A DNA stretch of 64,000 nucleotides from Octopus vulgaris (GCA_951406725.2 OX597814.1:113398001-113462000); one strand, 5' to 3'. Positions 40,499 through 54,747 are shown, numbered from the stretch's first letter. Numbers and translations are program-made. The notes: generated from the sequence alone by a model not told the origin.

Positions 40499-41184
40499 TA
40501 TATGGGTACAAGACGTCACCAACTGTAAACAACATGAAATACGAAAACAAGCGAGTTAAATACACAAACAACGAGAGAAAAAAATGAAAACAGGACAAGT
40601 AGCACACAGAACGACCTTTCATCAATTGGCGGCTGTCTATCTACTCCTCATTTCGAGCATTCAGCGTCAATATTAGTTTTCGAAGACAGTTGTTCCAATT
40701 GCTTCTCAAACAAATTTTGGATTTTTTGGAGGAACAAAAACAGGACAGTGGAGACATACAAGGAAACCGAACGAAAACAAACGTGGAGGGTCGTTAGACC
40801 AGAACGAGGCGAAAGATAGTGAATGCTGGAAGAAATATTTTCTTTGAAAAGAGAAAAGATAGAAGAGAGAGAAGACGTCTAGTCCTTAGAACGTCCGTGC
40901 GGGAAAAGAAAGATGAGCACATGAGGAAAAGAAAGATGGATGATGATCACGTGTGAGCAACGAGAGAGAAAAAAGAGAAAGAAGAAGAGGGAGAGAGAGA
41001 CAGATAGGAAACGGTAAAGGAGAGAAAAAGGGAATTAGAGAAGGATGGGGGAGAAAACAGTATAGAGTAGAGTCGCATCAAAAAGGTTAAGGTAAGCTGA
41101 CTTGGAAATGGATGCATGGCGCTCAATTAAATAATAGTATAAGTAATATAAGTAATATATATATGTTTATATATATAATTGAAC

Positions 41185-41249
<65 letters not shown>

Positions 41250-42109
41250 GAACGCCATATATTTGAACTCTCAACGTAGACGGATGAAATACCTATTTCT
41301 TTACTACCTACAAAGGGTTAAACACAGAGAGGACAGACAAACGGATTAAGTCGATAATATCGACCCCAGTGTGTAACTGGTACTTATTTAATCGGCCCCG
41401 AAAGGATGAAAGGCAAAGTCGACCTCGGCGGAATTTGAACTCAAAACGTAAAGACAGACGAAATGCCGCTAAGCATTTCGCCCGGCATGCTAACGATTCT
41501 GTTAGCTAGTCGCTTTCCGTATTGAAATAATCCACTAAGCAAACTAAGAAATTACAAGCAGCCGTGATTGTGGGGTAAGAGGTTTGCTTCCCAACTACGT
41601 GGTTCCAGGTTCAGTCTCACTGCATGGTGCTTTGGGTGTCTTCTACTATAGCCACGGGCCGACCAAAGCTTTAAGAGTGGATTTGGTATATGGAAACTGA
41701 CAAAAAGCACATCGTCTCTCTCTCTTCTCTCCTTCTCTCCGTGTGTGTGTGTGTGTGTGTGTATGTGTTACTGTGTTTGTTTACCATCACTGATTGACAA
41801 TCGATGTTGGTTTGTTTACACCTCCGTAACTTAGCAGTTCTTACTACATATTCATATATGCTTGCATCTATATATATATTTTCCTCTACCCTTCTCTCTC
41901 TCTCTCTCACAGCTTACCAGTTTCCATTTACAACTCGAGATCATATTAGAAACATTTTATCCAGGGGGTTGCGCATGCGCAGCTCTGTGGGTAGGCGGCT
42001 TATTACAAAGACGACGCAAGCAGGGGCGGAAGTGATTTTTAAAGCCATCGTAGGAGAATAATTTTTCCGACAACAGTACGTTCATCACAATCTTATTGGT
42101 GCACGGCAT

Positions 42110-42153
42110 TCTGGAACACTGGCGTTTCGACACGTTGAGTCTCTTCAGCCAGA
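42110..42153 (-). ncRNA. Type I hammerhead ribozyme
   Basis: UCUGG-CUGAAGA-GAC(UCAACGU)GUC-GAAAC-GCCAGU-GUU-CCAGA; 5-bp stem I and canonical G10.1-C11.1 pair. Confidence 0.82.
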
Positions 42154-42719
42154 GGCGGCCTGAACTCTGAGCTTAAGTGCGTGAGAGAGAGAGTGTGAGA
42201 ATATGTTGTGATGCCAATGATGAAGTGCTTGATGAGTAAAGTTCGCTTCCATTGTGATTACATTTTAAAGTTCCTTGAATGCAAGAGAATTACTAATTCT
42301 AATCTCTCTCTGTTTCTCCCTCTCTTTCTCCCTCTTCCTCTCTTACATATCATATCTCTTTACCATTTTATCTCGGTCTACTCTACATCTCTTATCGTGT
42401 CATTGTTTATCTCTTCTATCTATTTATCAAGTATTTCTCATTTATTACACTCGCATACACCTTTACTCTCTCTCTATCTTTGTATTTCCTCTTTCTTAAT
42501 CCTCCTTTCTTACACGTTCGTTCTTTTCCATACTTTTCTCCTCTCTCTCTCTCTCTCGTTTTTTATTCGCTGTTTCTCTCACTCTTTTTCTTTTCCATTT
42601 GTTTCTGCTCTCATTATAATATAGATATTTTCTATTTCCCGTCTTATTAAAATTTTTCTTTGTATTGTTTTTCATACAGTTCCAAATTTCTAGCAAGACT
42701 CATGCACGCACACATGCGC

Positions 42720-42839
<120 letters not shown>

Positions 42840-42904
42840 CATTATACAAACCTTCACACATACATATATGTATATATATTATATAATATATATCTATACA
42901 TACA

Positions 42905-43032
42905 TATAATAATAAAGGGTAAAATTAATTAATTAATTAATAATTAATAATTTTACCAAGTAGTTCGGTATGTTAAAAGAACCATTATCGGTAAATTTAT
43001 ACAAAAATTCTATAATTATGAGTATAATTATA
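42905..43032 (-). mobile_element. Family 1 3'-tail fragment
   Basis: Close reverse-complement match to about 3030-3145. Confidence 0.8.
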
Positions 43033-43189
43033 ATACTCATAATTATAGAATTTTTATACACACACACACACATGCACACACACACATATATATATATACA
43101 TATAGTACATATATATACGTAAAAACTAATATATATATATACATACATACATATACATATACCTACTACATGTATATACGTAAAAACTG

Positions 43190-43220
<31 letters not shown>

Positions 43221-43242
43221 CATACATACATACATACATACA

Positions 43243-43275
<33 letters not shown>

Positions 43276-43698
43276 GAGTATGAGTCACTATTCAGCCACC
43301 CACACACCATCTTACATACACACACACATTTTTTAATTATGCAAACTCTACGCTGTTTGTTCACACTCAGTGTCACCTGATCCAGAAAGTCTCTCCCTGT
43401 TTATCTCCGTCTTCGATCTTTACATCAATATGACGAGACAAATGTCCCAGCATCACCCCTGGGTATCACTGGTAAAATGAAACCCTTACTGACAGATTCT
43501 TTGTTTGTTTTCGGGTAATACGGTCTGACTTGGTAAATTCGCTGTACGTAATGCACCTAGTGCAAAACACACATATATATACAGAGACACAGAGACACAC
43601 AAGCATATACACTCATATACATACACAGATACTATACATTTCTAAGAGCGAGCGCGTTATATATATATAGATATATATATATACATGTATGTGTGTAT

Positions 43699-43745
<47 letters not shown>

Positions 43746-43754
43746 TGTGTATGA

Positions 43755-44077
43755 AGGTACGTGGCTTAGTGGTTTGGGGCATTGGGCTGACGATCGTAAG
43801 GTCGTGAGTTCAATTCCCGGCGACGCGTTGTGTCCTTGAGCAAGACACTTTATTTCACGTTGCTCCAGTCCACTCAGCTGGCAAAAATGAATTGTAGGTG
43901 TATTACAAAGGCACCAACCTTGTCACACTCTGTATCACACTGAATCTCACTGAGAACTACGTTAAGGGTACACGTGTCTGTGGAGTATTCAGCCACTGGC
44001 GCGTTAATCTCAAGAGCAGGCTGTTCCGTTCATCGGATCAACTGGAACCCTCGTCGTCGTAACCGACGGAGTGCCAC
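43755..44077 (+). mobile_element. tRNA-headed SINE, family C-like
   Basis: GTGGCTTAGTGG...GAGTTCAATTCCC head; 3' GGATCAACTGGAACCCTCGTCGTCGTAACCGACGGAGTGCCA shared with 19250-19615. Confidence 0.85.
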
Positions 44078-44078
44078 G

Positions 44079-44129
<51 letters not shown>

Positions 44130-44177
44130 CACATACATATATACATATATATACATATAAATACATATATATACACG

Positions 44178-44221
<44 letters not shown>

Positions 44222-44223
<2 letters not shown>

Positions 44224-44577
44224 GGCCCTTTTCGTCTATGCAGACGTTCAATTTAGCTTAGAGGTCACTTAATCGAATATATCATGGGCTCCTTTTGTTG
44301 CAGCTTGTTTCATGGCTGATTCTTCCTATGATTGAAGCACAGCTTCTGTCACAGTACTTGCATACCAAGAGGGTGGCTCGGCGCTCTGCATTTCTGTTGC
44401 TTTCCTTTTGCCGCTGACCCTTCTCAACTTGTTTGTTTCTGTAGCTGTTCTCTAGCGAAGCAGTTCTTCCCTTCACCACAGTCCTCCATGTTGATCTGTC
44501 CTCAGCCCTCTCTTCCCAGGTGCTGACATCCATCTCACACGTGGACAAACTAGTTTTGCAAGTGTCCTTATACACCC
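44222..44577 (-). pseudogene. RTE-clade LINE 3' end with terminal zinc finger
   Basis: YKDTCKTSL...WEERAEDRSTWR...CKYCDRSCASIIGRISHETSC. Confidence 0.85.
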
Positions 44578-44619
<42 letters not shown>

Positions 44620-45172
44620 GAGTGAGCGAGCAGAGCATGCCATCAAAGTGACACTGGGGTAAAATATACGAGAAGCCCAGTATACCCATCATGACTACCC
44701 GTCTGATAAGGGTACACCAGGCACATGCATCACAACCATATGTGCGCGACATGGTGATCTCATATCAAGATAAACAGCACATGACCTTGCAGGTGGAGCC
44801 CAGTTAGAATTTTCTTCAGATCGAGTAACCCATCCCGCTCAAAAGGTCCCTGAATAAGGGTTGTTTAAGGACGTTGAACGAAACACCCATGTTTCCAGAG
44901 GTAAATTATTCAAACCCCAAAGAATCCTTCTCAACACATGGCTATGATGCTCCCCCACTACTTCTGCTCGTGATCAGAGATGCACATATCGTCAGCCACT
45001 AAGGGACATGCTCAACTGGTTAAGGTCAAACAACTGACAAGCAAATCTGTGGTATTGAGCAGAATATTTGCTATAGCCCATCTTTTATACCAAGACAAAA
45101 CAATGTACATGATAACACTTCCAATCAGTTAAGATCAGAAGCCATGAGAGCCACTGCCTGGTACTGCATCAG
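44620..45172. mobile_element. Non-coding insertion within a (TTA)n tract, possibly the 3' part of a TAA-targeting non-LTR element
   Basis: Complex sequence bounded on both sides by (TTA)n; family not identified. Confidence 0.45.
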
Positions 45173-45240
<68 letters not shown>

Positions 45241-46141
45241 CATCATTATTATTAAGGTTTAGTCGGTATATCTACTAAAACCCTTCCACTCAGTGCCCCA
45301 GCATGGCCATAGTCGAATAAGTACACTTGCGTAAAGGTGTAAATGCTGAGACATACCTATGCATACGCATACATACAGACTCACATACATACACCCCACC
45401 CCCATATATATACACATACATACATGCATACATACATACATACATACATACATACATACATACATAAATAGTGTTAGGTTCCGCACAGTCTCCACGTCCG
45501 AAATTCCGCTTGCAAAATATTGACCAACTCGTGGCTATAGAACATACTTTTCTAAGGTGTCGTGTAGTGAAATCGAACTTGGAATCACACGACTGAGAGG
45601 GGAACTTCAGGTCAAAGCCATTTTCTCTCTCTCTCTCTCTCTCTGTTTGGTTTCACTTTTTCCTCTCTCTCTCTCTTTCTCTCTCACTCACTACTAAACA
45701 TGTACAAGCACATACACACATTTGTACCTACATATCAACCTACGTACATATACATACATAAACATTCATACACACACATTCAGATACATAAAAGATATAA
45801 AATACGTACACACTTATACAAACACCGACACATTTATACACACATATTCATTCACACACGTGTGTACAAGCATGTAAATGCACGCGCATACGTAGAACGT
45901 ATATATATATATATATACGTAGAATTACTAGATCACCATATATATATATACATACGAACACCAGACAGCAAAGGAAGATATAAAAAAAAAAAACAATAAT
46001 GAATACAGAAACATGAAATAGAAGCATTAACGGTGAAAACACAGTGTCTACGACTGATAACAAGCACAAATTTTTCTCTGGCGCAATGAAAAAGCCTTTA
46101 TAGTGGCGGACGAAAAAGCGATGTTAACAAGAGAGGGTCAG

Positions 46142-46194
<53 letters not shown>

Positions 46195-46331
46195 CAAACA
46201 GAGAGTCTACAATTATTATATATATATATATATATATATACAACATGGACAAATATATATATATATACGGATCATCGTATTGCTGATTAATGAGATATAT
46301 ATATACTGGAAGCGTAGATTTCCTGGAAGAA

Positions 46332-46385
<54 letters not shown>

Positions 46386-47406
46386 GTGACAGAGAGAGGA
46401 AAGAAAAGAAGAAGCAAAGAAGAGAGAGGGGAGAGAGAGAGGAGGGACAAACGCAACAAAGAAGAGAGAGAGAGAAGAAGGAATCAGAGAGGAGAAGGGA
46501 TGGTGTCGAAGAATGACCTGTAGTGCAGAGCGAGACAAAGAAATAGGAGGGTAGTATATATATATATAGGTGTATACATACTGACAAATTGTACATCTGC
46601 AAAAACAAACAGTAAAGATGAATTTTTTTCCCCTTAATACAACCATCTGAAGATTCTCTTTTCGTTTTTTCCCTTAATGTAACATCGGATTTCTTTTCCT
46701 ACCTCACCACCCTCCACCATATTTTCTTTCTCAGTTTGTTTATTCTGCTGACTGCTTGGAATCGGTTCTTCAAGGAACTCGTTCCAAGGTCGCTGAGTTT
46801 GTTCAATTTTCTGCCCCAGTAGAGAATTTTGTGTGTTCCCTCTATGCGTTTGAATGTAATATTAATTAACGTTATTATCAGACGTTCTATCGTATCAATA
46901 TACACTCCGTCGTATCAATGTACGCTTTGTCGTATCACTGTACAAAACCGTTCACCTAAGTACGCTCAGAAAAAAATAATACACCGCAACAAAAAATAGC
47001 ACCCCGCAACAAAACCCCCTCCTCCAAAGATATTGATAATTGCTTAATGTGTTGCTATCATTGACAAGAATAACGAAGAAAAATGAAGACAACGAATAAA
47101 AACAACATTCTGGGGTTTGGTATCAATTCTTAAAATCAACGAAAGAAATGAATAATGCTGTACGAAAATATCATTTGAACATGGATGTTGGTTTGTGTAT
47201 GTTGAGAACATGTCTTGGCTTTTTGATTGTTATTGGCTTTTTTAAGATACAGGACGAAAGACCTTTGTTGCCATTTTGTTATGTTGCACAGAGCTTGAGA
47301 TATATGAGGGGACAAGCAACAAGAACAACGGGTTAGGCTTCTGCTCTCTTTTTGCGTGGTCAGCCATCTTACTGAGGATTTACTTGATCGAATACTTAAG
47401 CCACAG

Positions 47407-47450
<44 letters not shown>

Positions 47451-47575
47451 TATATATGATGATGATGATAGAAATGGCAAGACAACAAAGAAAAAAAAAC
47501 GAAAGAGACCTCGATATTATGTAAATAGAGAAATTTATCTGTAAATATAAAATATGACAATTATTCAGTAGCCAT

Positions 47576-47636
47576 GATAAAACTCTGAGTTTCGGATGAC
47601 GGGGCGGAAACCCATGCCGACATCTCTTCAGTTATC
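47576..47636 (-). ncRNA. Type I hammerhead ribozyme with adjacent 50-bp-arm inversion (47610-47718)
   Basis: GAUAA-CUGAAGA-GAUGuCGG..CCGuCAUC-c-GAAAC-UCAGA-GUU-UUAUC. Confidence 0.8.
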
Positions 47637-47816
47637 GAGCCATCGAAAAAATGCTATGAAAATGAAAATCATAGCATCTTTTCGATGGCCCGATAACTGA
47701 AGAGATGCCGGCGCGGGTATATATATAGTTGAAATTTACAGAAAAACAAAAGATGAAGACAAGTGTATAAACAACAAATAGGTGTATTAGTTTAACACTT
47801 GGGAAGGTGAGTAAAG

Positions 47817-47852
47817 CTTTTACGTTTCGAGCCTACGCTCTTCAACAGAAAG
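47817..47852 (-). ncRNA. Hammerhead motif with CUGUUGA core (family 3)
   Basis: CUUU-CUGUUGA-A-GAGC(GUAG)GCUC-GAAAC-GUA-AAAG. Confidence 0.65.
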
Positions 47853-49229
47853 GAACACGAGGAAATAAACAGAGAATAAAAAAAAAAAAATTGGGAGCTA
47901 GCGGTCAATCATACAGTATCCCGGGATGGTCATTTTTATTTATCTATATTTTTTTTTTGTCAAGAGTCCCAGATGAACCAACTGCACAGCAGAAAGTGGA
48001 AATGAGAGCAGTGGCATCAAACTCCCTTAAAAGGCCGGCTTTTAAGCTAGCTCCTGTGGAGGGCTCTTCATCAGGCCTTGGGCCCAACAATGACATTTCA
48101 TGCATTGAGTACTAAGAAAATTTTATTGAACTTGAACAATATTTTTCAAGTAATGAACAATTTTCATGGAAACAATCGGTGCCCCAGCATGGCCACAGCT
48201 CATGAGCTGAAATTAGAATCAATCAATCAATCAATTTGTCGACTTGGAACTTATTGCAAAGCTGCATTATAAACAGCATTTTTTGTCTTCCCATTCAGGG
48301 GTCAGTACAATTTTTTTTCTGTCTAACCTCTTTGTCTTCTCTCTGTTTCTCTTTTTGCTGGTTGTTTTCAACTATCATCATCATCAGTACCACCACCATC
48401 GCTACCACAACTGCCACACACACACACACACCATTCAGACTTCTGATGCCACCACCATCAATACCTTTGACTTCGCCGCCTTCTCCTCCACCATCATCAC
48501 CACCGTCTTTCACATCGCTTACTATCACCGACATCCCTGACTGACCACCACCACCACCACCACCACCAGCATCATCACCGTTGCCTCCACCTCTATCACA
48601 ACTATAACTCATACTATTACTATCTTATCATTACCATCACAACGGTCAATCTACTGCCGTCTCTATGCCTACTATTGCTCTCACCCCATCACGAGGAATA
48701 GTGGAAGGGTCATTGAATAGTGAGAGAGTGGGGGGTCTAACTGTGGCAAACTGACACAGAAATTCGTTTTGGCATTTATTATTATAGATGACATATTTTC
48801 GAAAGGAAAAATGTGACAGTGGCATCGGAGTTTCGGCTCTGTTGCATTTTAAACACACACGCACACACACACACACACGCTACCACATGCACACACACAC
48901 ACACACGTATGTATTGAACATCTTCAACCTGAACGTTGCCCGCACGGATGCCACAATTTTGCGATCCCTGCAAAGTTTATGTATAAAAAAAACCCATAAA
49001 AATAAATGAAATCTGGAGTATTTGTTTTTTTTTTCTTGTCTATTCTTTATCAATAAATAAATCCTTAAGAAAATAAAACGATAAATATAAAACGATATCA
49101 TGGCATCTGTTTTCATATGAAAACCCTGTTTATTTTTTATCGAGATTCAAGTTCTATCCGTTTGGATACGACGGTACCCCTTTCCCCTCTCCTCTCTCAA
49201 CCCGCATCTTTAAAACTGAACATCATTAT

Positions 49230-49399
49230 CACTCATCTCACTGCCAGTGCAAGAATTTTTTTCCATCTTTCAATTAGGAAGGAAAGTAGCGCCTTTGATC
49301 CTTTTACAGGGCCTTGCGAGGCCAGTGGAAAAGAGAGACGAGATTGTCTCCCACATCGAAGATCTTGGTTCGAATGCTTTCAGTGCAAACCTCACCAAA
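49230..49399 (+). repeat. 170-bp segment duplicated, apparently exactly, at 52000-52169
   Basis: CACTCATCTCACTGCC...AACCTCACCAAA occurs twice, 2770 bp apart. Confidence 0.92.
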
Positions 49400-50987
49400 G
49401 ATACCCAAGGTAATTAATGATGGTGTTAAACGGGGCGACGAATTAAGTCTGATATCAAATAAAACTCGGAAGGTTTATAAGCATTGATTCTCCTTTTTAG
49501 ACAAATTATTGAATAAGAATTTTGTATTTCCATATTCAAATGATATTTTTGCACAGCATTATTCATTTCTCTCCTTGATTTTTGTATTTAGTTTCCAATA
49601 TTCTTAATCTGAGCTCGAGTTGCAATAGATTTTGTTGTATATCGGGAGGGTCATTATGCCAATAATAAACATACGCACTGTTTGTTTTCCCTTCTTTGAT
49701 ATAGTAAAAAAAAAAAAATAATAACTGATAGTGTAATAACTAAATTATTTCGGAATTTAACTAGTGTTTAATGTATTAATGACTATAAATATAACCAATG
49801 TTTAATAAATATTAATGGTTATAATTATAACCAGTATTTGGTTAGTGCTAATGGTTCTAAGCACAAGCAGTGTTTAACAGGCGTTAATATTTATAAGTAC
49901 AACCAGTGTTTAATAAGTGTTAATGGTTAAAGGTTGATAAAGGCGAACTTCTGCTGACTCTTTCGCCACAAATCAGTAAATGTTCAGTTGTATATTTGAA
50001 AGATGAGGAGTTATGTACATTATTTACATTTGACGGATATTTGTCCTCATCTTGCTGACTCTTTCGCCACAACTTTCTCTCACTCTTCCCTCCTGCATCT
50101 TGCAGCTCACCTGCAACGGACCGGCGTCCCGTCCAGGTAGGGAACCTATACGCCAAGGTAACCGGGAAACCGGCCCTTATGAGCCAGGCATGGCTCGAGA
50201 AGGAACAAACTCCAATAACGGGTCCTTAGGTGCCAGATAGTGGTAGAAGTGCTAAGGGGGCTGCGGATTAACTGTGATAAACCTATGATATTTACTTTCC
50301 TGGAGAGAAAAACAGATTCGATAAAAATAAGGCTCAGCGAAATTCTGGTTTCGATTTAACCGAACGCGTCGTCCTCTCACAAACTGTGTGGTCTTGTGTG
50401 TGGCGATGTTAAGAAATAAATAGTTGTAAAAATTGTAAGAGTTACGTACCGGTTAATTATTCTGTATAAATAATCTGCGGTTTGGTGAATGATGGTAACA
50501 ACGGACAAGTTTCCTCCTACCAAAGGAAGAAAAAATAAAGAAACATTTCTAGAAAAATAAACTCCAGTGTTTTAATTAGCTGCTTACAGGAAGTAAGAAT
50601 TTGGTTGGAAATAAAGCGAGGTGTCTTGTATCAAACGATGAAAGGAAACATGTTACTTCTTTCACTATGGAAAGTTATTTTAGCAGTTAATATTTGGATA
50701 AAGAAAAAAAAGGCGGAGAGCAGGCAGAATGGTTAGCAGGCTGGGAGAAATGCTTAGCGGCGTTTCGTCCGGCTTTACATTCTGAGTTCAAACTCCGCCG
50801 AGTTCGATAAATTGCGTACTAGTTGAGCCCTAGGGGTCGATGTAATCGTCTTACCCTTTCTCTACGAAATTGCTGGTCTTGTAGCAAAGTTTTTTTTCTT
50901 CTTTTTCCTTTTCCATCTCCGAAAAGAAAAGCTCTACATTTGTAATTGTCCCCTCTGTGTCCAGCCCTGAGTGGCCAATAAAGAAAG

Positions 50988-51071
<84 letters not shown>

Positions 51072-52666
51072 TTGTCTATCTATCTATCAGCTAGATGTCG
51101 CCTCCTTATTTCTTTTTAATCTTTTTTCCTTTTTTTTCTGCCGTAAATAGTTTATCATTTCTTTGATGAAATAAATAAAAATTCTTTTCTGAAACTTTAT
51201 TTCAAGTGACATTATATTTCTCATTATTTATTTATTTATGTCCTCTTATCCTTTATTCCTTTCTACTTTCCTTCTTTTGTGGTTTTTTTATTTCTTTTCC
51301 CTCATCCTTCCTCACTTTCGTCTACTCGTTCTCTTCTTCTTCTTCTTGAATTTATTTTCTTACATTCCTCAACAAATCGTAAAACAATTGAAGTGTTTGA
51401 AATACTGGAAATGCTTTTATTACTGTCTTGGAGACTGGTTTATTTCAAACGACAACTTGGAACTTAACGATTTCGCTGCCATTAATATTAAACCGTAAAT
51501 ACACACTGGAATTATAAAATGGCACATTTAGCCATTAAATGAGGGCGTTCTTAGAAAAGAAAAAGAAAAAAAGACTTAGGATAAGAATGGTAGAAATAAA
51601 ATAAAATGAAACCACCATCAGAACGAGAAGTATGGTAATACCACCACCACCACCGTCGCTGCTGCCACCACTACCAGCACCACCACCAGCACCACCACCA
51701 GCACCACCATCACCAGCACCACCAGCACCACCAGCAGCAGCAGCAGCACCAGCACCAGCACCACCACCACCACCACCATCGCCACCATCACCATGTGTGT
51801 GCGAGTATGTGTATGCATCTGTGCGCGGGTGTAACAGTTTTTGCGATATTTTTGCGCGCGCGCGTGTGCGTGGGTGCGTGTGTGTATGCATGCGTGTGCG
51901 TGCGTGCGTGTGGGCGCGTGTATGTGTGGGCGTGTGTGCATAGACACAAAGAACGCTCTCACACACACACACTCATACACACGCATACATGTTCACACAC
52001 ACTCATCTCACTGCCAGTGCAAGAATTTTTTTCCATCTTTCAATTAGGAAGGAAAGTAGCGCCTTTGATCCTTTTACAGGGCCTTGCGAGGCCAGTGGAA
52101 AAGAGAGACGAGATTGTCTCCCACATCGAAGATCTTGGTTCGAATGCTTTCAGTGCAAACCTCACCAAACACACATATACGACGGGATTCTTTCAGTTTC
52201 CGTCTGCCAAATCCACTTACAAGTCTTTGACCGGTGATGCCAAAAACAGTGGGAACCATGTGATTGGGAACACACAACCACAAAGAGGTCATTAGTTTTC
52301 ACACAAACGTTAATTAGTAAGAACAAACTAAATTAATTAGTTTAATCAAAGATGATTTGAAACTCGATAAATGCGACAATGTTTATAGGGAGCAAATTTT
52401 ATTTTTTAATATGTCATTTACTAGTTTCAAATTTGCGGTTTACATATGAATATATATGTGTATATGTGTGTTTGTGTGTGTGTGTATATATATATGTATA
52501 TATATATGTATATATGTATATATGATGACTGAGGACTTCGAAAGTCCCATCCTGTGGTTCTTGTGTCGTCTCCTTGGTGTTTCACGTTCTTGTCCATGTT
52601 TGTATTTATTTTTTACTGTTTACATATATATGTATATATGTATATATGTATATATATGTATATATG

Positions 52667-52697
<31 letters not shown>

Positions 52698-52722
52698 GCA
52701 TATGTTTTATTTATTAAATTGT

Positions 52723-52764
<42 letters not shown>

Positions 52765-52767
<3 letters not shown>

Positions 52768-53280
52768 AATTGAGATAGGGGTTTCAAATTCAACCCTCCA
52801 TGGGATAACATATATCCAATATACTGCTAGTGAAGTACCCAACAAAGTTAATACATAACTGTTAAGAATTGCGATGCAATTAATTCATTTACTGTATTAC
52901 ATGGGCAAAGGTAAAATTATTTTTACCATAAATTAATAATACAAAATAAGAAAATGGAGAAATACATCTAAATCATTTATCAACTACCAGATAATACCCA
53001 ATCACATACTTTATTAAACCACTACATAAAAATATATAACAAAACAGCGTACATGAATGAGTAATACAATACAATAAGTATAATCATTATAAGAGGATAT
53101 AAATAAATAAATATAAATAGATATAAATATAAATATACACTATATCTTACAGCTGTTTCGGCCATGCAGATAAATATGCCTCATTTTACTTATATTAGCC
53201 ATGTATAGTATGTCAATATGAAGTTAAAAATGAGACATTTACAAATATATCTTAAGGCCTCTTCGGAGATTCTAAAGTAT
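52765..53280 (-). mobile_element. Family 4 HHR element next to (TA)n (5' limit uncertain)
   Basis: Same terminus as 25503 (ACAAATTGAGATAGGGG); contains the HHR-like motif at 53144-53270. Confidence 0.75.
53144..53270 (-). ncRNA. Hammerhead-like motif with CCGAAGA core and ~100-nt stem II domain
   Basis: AUCU-CCGAAGA-GGCC..(internal UGUCUCAUUUU/AAAAUGAGGCA helix)..GGCC-GAAAC-AGCU-GUA-AGAU. Confidence 0.7.
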
Positions 53281-54701
53281 AAACCAAATTACATATATAC
53301 TCATATAAGTGTGGGTACATACCCATAATAAATCATTTACATATATATGAGTGCATATACTCATACTCTTATACATACACATATACATATACATAATAAT
53401 ACAAATAATACAAATCAATAAATATATACATGTTCCATATTCAATGTTTTTCAACTTAATATTAATATATTACAACGTAGAGAACATAGACATATTCATA
53501 CTTCAATGCAGATATATAGAGTCAGTATTACCTTATATTAATTTACAACTCAGAACGCAGCGGCGGACGAAATACCACAAAGCATTTCGCCCGGCATGCT
53601 AACGTTTCTGCCAGCTCGCCGCCGGAATATATAACACGCATCAAGGCGCTGAATTTGGAATTGTTCAGTTCATTTGTTCTACTAATTGACATTTTTCTTC
53701 TACATTGCTCCACAAATTTCTCTTTTACTCCTAGCTTATGCACAATTTAAACCTGATACACTTTCCTGTATATTTTACTTCTATCCAAGTATTTAACCTT
53801 TATCTTGATAAATCCGGTTTATCTTTATGCAGCAGGTGGTTGGGCGTCTGTCATAGACTTTGGGGACGTTCTCAGAGCGAATCAATTCTTTTGTTTATAT
53901 GACTTCTACAAGAAAGTTATTTTTTGTTACGTTTGTTGATATTGTAATCTTAACTATCTGAAATGTTTGGTTACAGGACAGTAAGTCTACAGTACGATTT
54001 TGCCGCGATTTTGTCTTCCCCAAAAAGAGTAGAATTTCCAGTGTCTCTATAAAACCTGCTTAGGCTTGCACCTTGGACGGAAACCTGAGATTTTGTTTAT
54101 CATGAAATAATATCAGAATATATCCAGAGAAAGTGATTTACTGGAAGATCCAAGTCACTCTCAAATAACTTTCATAATTAGGGTTGACGGAGAACATAGT
54201 TCGCTACAGAAGCCCCTCTAAGTGTTGGTAGGTATTTGGGTGGGGGTAGGAATATATTCTGAATCATAAATGGGTGTTTGACAACATAAATTAAAGTTTA
54301 AATACAAATGTCTTTTGTACTTGTTTAGTAACTGATTCGATCTGAGATAGAGTGTCGGAGCTAAAACAATTGCGTCGTTGTAGAATCACCGTAGCCACAC
54401 ACACACACATACACACACACACACACACACTGCTGTATTTACTTTTCTTAATTAATACTTCTTAACAATAATACACGGGATTTGTTCCATACTTATGACC
54501 TGATCACTAATAAATACTCCAGTGTAACTCATTTTAATTCAACGAAAGACGGTTCTCAGTTTCGAGTGCGTCTGTTATTTAAATTCTAGCCTACCTAACT
54601 TTCGCAGAAATTAGTAAATGTTCAGTTGTATATTAGAAAGATGAGGAATTATGTACATTATTTACATTTGACGGATATTTGTTCTCATCTTGTCTATTTT
54701 T

Positions 54702-54747
54702 AACACAACGTTTCGGCTGGTGTACTCTCCAGCCTTCATCAGGTGTC
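54702..54747 (-). ncRNA. Minimal type I hammerhead ribozyme
   Basis: GACAC-CUGAUGA-A-GGCUGG(AGAGUACA)CCAGCC-GAAAC-GUU-GUGUU. Confidence 0.88.

Noticed and set aside
41175-41262. ATAATTGAACGCCATAT repeated around a (TA)n tract
   Set aside because: Simple slippage duplication or assembly overlap with no further structure.
46703-46841. Possible minus-strand exon (AG...GAG|GTAGG, two open frames)
   Set aside because: No polypyrimidine tract and no recognisable protein similarity.
48030-48085. Minus-strand CTGATGAAGAGCCC
   Set aside because: No downstream GAAA...UH half was found.
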